From Planctomycetota bacterium (GTDB lineage Bacteria; Planctomycetota; UBA8108; UBA1146), in the NCBI GenBank assembly GCA_036338595.1, contig JAYZBV010000069.1, forward strand, positions 1 through 28,362: 28,362 bases of DNA, read 5' to 3'. The notes below the pieces were generated by a model. That model searched no databases. It was not told the DNA's origin and saw only the letters and a program-made list of their open reading frames with translations. The position numbers were made by a program, and so were the translations under genes. This document shows positions 25,632-28,362 of this stretch, one piece after another. Each line of letters opens with the position of its first letter. The stretch's first letter is position 1.

Positions 25632-26928
25632 GGGCACGAGGGACGCACCGGTCCCCTCTGCCAGGACTCTGAGGACCGAACTGGAGAAAGGCTTGAGAGC
25701 CCACCGTTCAGGTACACGTCCAGCTTCCGTGATGGAGATGTCTGATCCCGATGGGGATGGTCGGCTCGTCATGAACTTTGGCCCCCAGCATCCTGCGACT
25801 CATGGAACGCTCAGGAGCATCTTCACCCTCGAAGGAGAAACAATCGTCGAGGCCGATGTCGAGATCGGATTCCTTCACACCGGTTTTGAAAAACTCGGTG
25901 AGAACATGACTTACCAGCAGTGGGTCACGGTTTCTGATCGCATGAACTACCTCTCCGCCCTCAATAATAATGTGGGTTACTCCGTGGCCGTTGAGGATTT
26001 GCTCGGCATCGAGGTGCCTCCTCGATGCAAGTCTCTGCGTGTGATCATGTGTGAACTCTCGAGAATCGCCGACCACATTCTTTGCGTCGGCCTCCAGGGA
26101 ATGGATCTCGGGGCTTTCAGTATCATGCTCTGGGCATTCGAGAAACGAGAGTTGATCTACGACATCATCGAGGCGGTCTGTGGTGCTCGCCTGACCACAT
26201 CGTGGACCCGGGTCGGCGGGATCATGCGCGATGTCCCCGAGTTTTTCCCCGACCTGGTGTATTCATTTCTGGATGAATTCCCGCCGTTACTCACCGAGAT
26301 TCACACGATGCTCCTCAACAACAGGATCTTCGTCGACCGAGTCAAGGATATCGGCATCGTCAGCGAGGATCAGGCGAGATCGTGGGGAATTTCGGGGCCC
26401 ATCGCACGCGCCAGTGGGCTCGATGTCGATGTCCGAAGGGACCACCCCTATCTCGGCTACGAAAACTACGACTTCAAGGTTCCGGTCCAGACTGAGGGAG
26501 ACTCTTTCGCCCGCTACATGCAACGGATGGAGGAGATCGAACAATCGCTGGAGATCATTCGCCAGGCGATGGCTACCTTGCCGGCCGGACCCGTGGTTCA
26601 CGATGACTTCAAGACCAGTTTGCCCGCCAAGAACGCGGTCCATAACGACATGGAATCGCTGATCCATCACTTCAAACTGGTGATGCTCGGGCATGGAATC
26701 AAACCGGAACCTGGCGCCTCCATCTACAGCGCTACCGAAGCACCCTGTGGGGAACTTGGATTTTTCATCGCCTCCGACGGAAGTGATACCGCATACCGAT
26801 TGCGAGTTCGTCCCCCTTCACTCTACAACTACGCCATCTTTCCACGCCTCGTCGAGGGCGGAATGATTTCCGATGCAGTCGCCGTCCTCAGCAGTTTCCA
26901 CGTCATCGCAGGCGAACTGGACAGGTAG
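25612..26928 (+). CDS. nuoD: NADH-quinone oxidoreductase subunit D
   Basis: NFGPQHPATHGTLR, IGFLHTGFEK, DRMNY, ELSRIADH, EAPCGELG, RVRPPS and GELDR. GTG 25612 follows GGAGGAGG (alternative ATG 25732). Confidence 0.96.
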   Translation: MTPSPDKGTRDAPVPSARTLRTELEKGLRAHRSGTRPASVMEMSDPDGDGRLVMNFGPQHPATHGTLRSIFTLEGETIVEADVEIGFLHTGFEKLGENMTYQQWVTVSDRMNYLSALNNNVGYSVAVEDLLGIEVPPRCKSLRVIMCELSRIADHILCVGLQGMDLGAFSIMLWAFEKRELIYDIIEAVCGARLTTSWTRVGGIMRDVPEFFPDLVYSFLDEFPPLLTEIHTMLLNNRIFVDRVKDIGIVSEDQARSWGISGPIARASGLDVDVRRDHPYLGYENYDFKVPVQTEGDSFARYMQRMEEIEQSLEIIRQAMATLPAGPVVHDDFKTSLPAKNAVHNDMESLIHHFKLVMLGHGIKPEPGASIYSATEAPCGELGFFIASDGSDTAYRLRVRPPSLYNYAIFPRLVEGGMISDAVAVLSSFHVIAGELDR

Positions 26929-26935
26929 GAGAAAC

Positions 26936-27439
26936 TTGGCAGATACACTCTCATTCTCTCCCGCAACGATGAAGCAATACGAGTGGTTGCTGACACGTTA
27001 TCCGACGCGCAGAGCAGCGTTGCTACCGACATTGCGTCTTGCCGAGTCGGAGTTTGGAGAGATCGGCGTCGCCGAGATGCGGTATGTCGCTGACCTGATG
27101 GAGATTCCGCCGGCATTCGTCTTTGGCGTCGTCACCTTTTACACCCACTACCGACGTGCAGGCACTGGCAAGTATCACATCCAGGTGTGCAGCACCATCT
27201 CATGCGCATTGAGAGGATCGGAAGATGTGGTCAACCGAATCGCCGAACGACTCGGTATCGAGCCTGGAGAAACCACTCCATGCGGTCTCTTCTCACTGTC
27301 AAAGGTGGAGTGTCTCGGTTCCTGCGATACGGCTCCGATGCTGCAGATGAATGACGACTACCACGAGGATCTCTCCATCGATGACGTCGACCAATTGATC
27401 GAGCAACTGCGAGAGAATGCGAAGGGTGGGAGCAACTGA
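26936..27439 (+). CDS. nuoE: NADH-quinone oxidoreductase subunit E
   Basis: YPTRRAALLP, VVTFY, and 2Fe-2S ligands CSTISC and ECLGSCDTAP. TTG 26936 follows AGGAG. Confidence 0.95.
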   Translation: MADTLSFSPATMKQYEWLLTRYPTRRAALLPTLRLAESEFGEIGVAEMRYVADLMEIPPAFVFGVVTFYTHYRRAGTGKYHIQVCSTISCALRGSEDVVNRIAERLGIEPGETTPCGLFSLSKVECLGSCDTAPMLQMNDDYHEDLSIDDVDQLIEQLRENAKGGSN

Positions 27440-28362
27440 TGGCATTCAGAAAAATCTTCACCCAGCACATCGCCAAGAAGACCTGCCACACCCTGGCGTT
27501 TTACCAGAAACATGGCGGCTATGAGCAGGCCAAGGCTGCCCTCAGCAAGCGTAAGAAGCCGGACACTCTGATCGAAGAGGTCAAGGCTTCCAATCTGCGC
27601 GGTCGAGGCGGAGCTGGATTCCCCACCGGGGTCAAGTGGGGCTTCGTCCCCAAGACCACCGACAAGCCAAAATACCTGGTCGTCAATGCAGATGAATCGG
27701 AGCCTGGCACCTTCAAGGACCGGCTCATCATGGAGAAAACTCCTCATCTGCTGCTCGAAGGGATCTTGATCTGCTGCAAGGCAGTCGGCATCGAAACCGC
27801 CTACATCTACATCCGAGGAGAATTCGTGTTTGCCACGGAGCGCCTCCAGAAAGCGATCGATGAGGCCTACGATGCGGGAATCCTCGGTAAGAATGCACTC
27901 GGCTCCGGACAGCGGATCGATGTCACCGTTCATCGCGGTGCAGGCGCATACATCTGTGGCGAGGAAACCGGCATGCTCACCTCCCTCGAGGGGGATCGTG
28001 GCAATCCGAAATTGAAGCCTCCTTTCCCTGCCATCGAGGGTGTCTTTGGTTGCCCGACGGTGGTCAACAATGTCGAGACCCTGGCAAATCTGCCCTACAT
28101 CCTCGAGATCGGTGCAGAGGCCTACCGCGCCATCGGCCCGGAAAACTCGCCGGGTCCAAAACTGTTCTGTGTCAGCGGTCATGTCGAAAAGCCAGGAACC
28201 TTCGAGTTACCGATGGGAGTTCCACTTCGGACCCTGATCGACAAGCACGCAGGAGGAGTCTGGAAGGGCCGAAAATTGAAGGCTGTCATTCCAGGAGGGT
28301 CTTCTGCCCATGTTCTCACCGCCGATGAATGCGATGTGGCGATGGATATCGAATCTCTCGCA
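27439..28362 (+). CDS. nuoF: NADH-quinone oxidoreductase subunit F (truncated by the window end)
   Basis: ATG overlaps the nuoE stop (TGATG). My translation gives LRGRGGAGFPTGVKW, NADESEPGTFKDR, YIRGEF, GAGAYICGEETG, PTVVNNVET and IPGGSS. Open to the window end, so absent from the ORF track. Confidence 0.96.
   Translation, partial: MAFRKIFTQHIAKKTCHTLAFYQKHGGYEQAKAALSKRKKPDTLIEEVKASNLRGRGGAGFPTGVKWGFVPKTTDKPKYLVVNADESEPGTFKDRLIMEKTPHLLLEGILICCKAVGIETAYIYIRGEFVFATERLQKAIDEAYDAGILGKNALGSGQRIDVTVHRGAGAYICGEETGMLTSLEGDRGNPKLKPPFPAIEGVFGCPTVVNNVETLANLPYILEIGAEAYRAIGPENSPGPKLFCVSGHVEKPGTFELPMGVPLRTLIDKHAGGVWKGRKLKAVIPGGSSAHVLTADECDVAMDIESLA

Noticed and set aside
27358..28182. 274-aa - strand ORF at the right end
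   Set aside because: Antisense to nuoF, which is the real gene and is missing from the ORF track because it has no stop in the window.
1..28362. Frequent GATC/CGATCG/ATCGAT words suggesting a HIP1-like repeat; also searched for CRISPR, IS, prophage and defence genes
   Set aside because: The words are plausibly explained by ATC/GAT codon usage and cannot be tested without an observed/expected count. No repeat-spacer array, transposase, integrase or defence gene was seen.

Overview
This GC-rich bacterial window is densely coding and mostly housekeeping. A Planctomycetota origin is likely (inference), based on the C-terminal RGDxN...PFP...DxLxC dockerin-like module, the secreted Cys-type sulfatase and the double-length UvrA. 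From left to right it contains: (1) the truncated N-terminus of a probably secreted protein (-); (2) a peptide/nickel-family ABC importer (binding lipoprotein plus two permeases, no ATPase) translationally coupled to a sulfatase (+); (3) a convergent operon of FAD oxidoreductase, class IV aminotransferase and acyl-CoA synthetase (-); (4) a small HEAT-like lipoprotein and an orphan MlaD/MCE protein (+); (5) an operon of polyprenyl synthase, ddl, suhB-like phosphatase and a 1900-aa tandem-duplicated UvrA (-); (6) a secreted, very acidic protein with two cohesin-like repeats and a dockerin-like tail, behind a sigma70-like promoter and structured leader (+); (7) Mn-type SOD and an atypical, mycobacterial-like MTHFR homologue (+); (8) nuoA-F, with nuoF cut off by the window end. 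I saw no tRNA, rRNA, CRISPR array or mobile element. The best candidates for novel biology are the cohesin-cohesin-dockerin adaptor-scaffoldin-like protein, the asymmetric single-chain UvrA dimer and the putative flavin-independent MTHFR. All family assignments come from motif recognition, not database searches.
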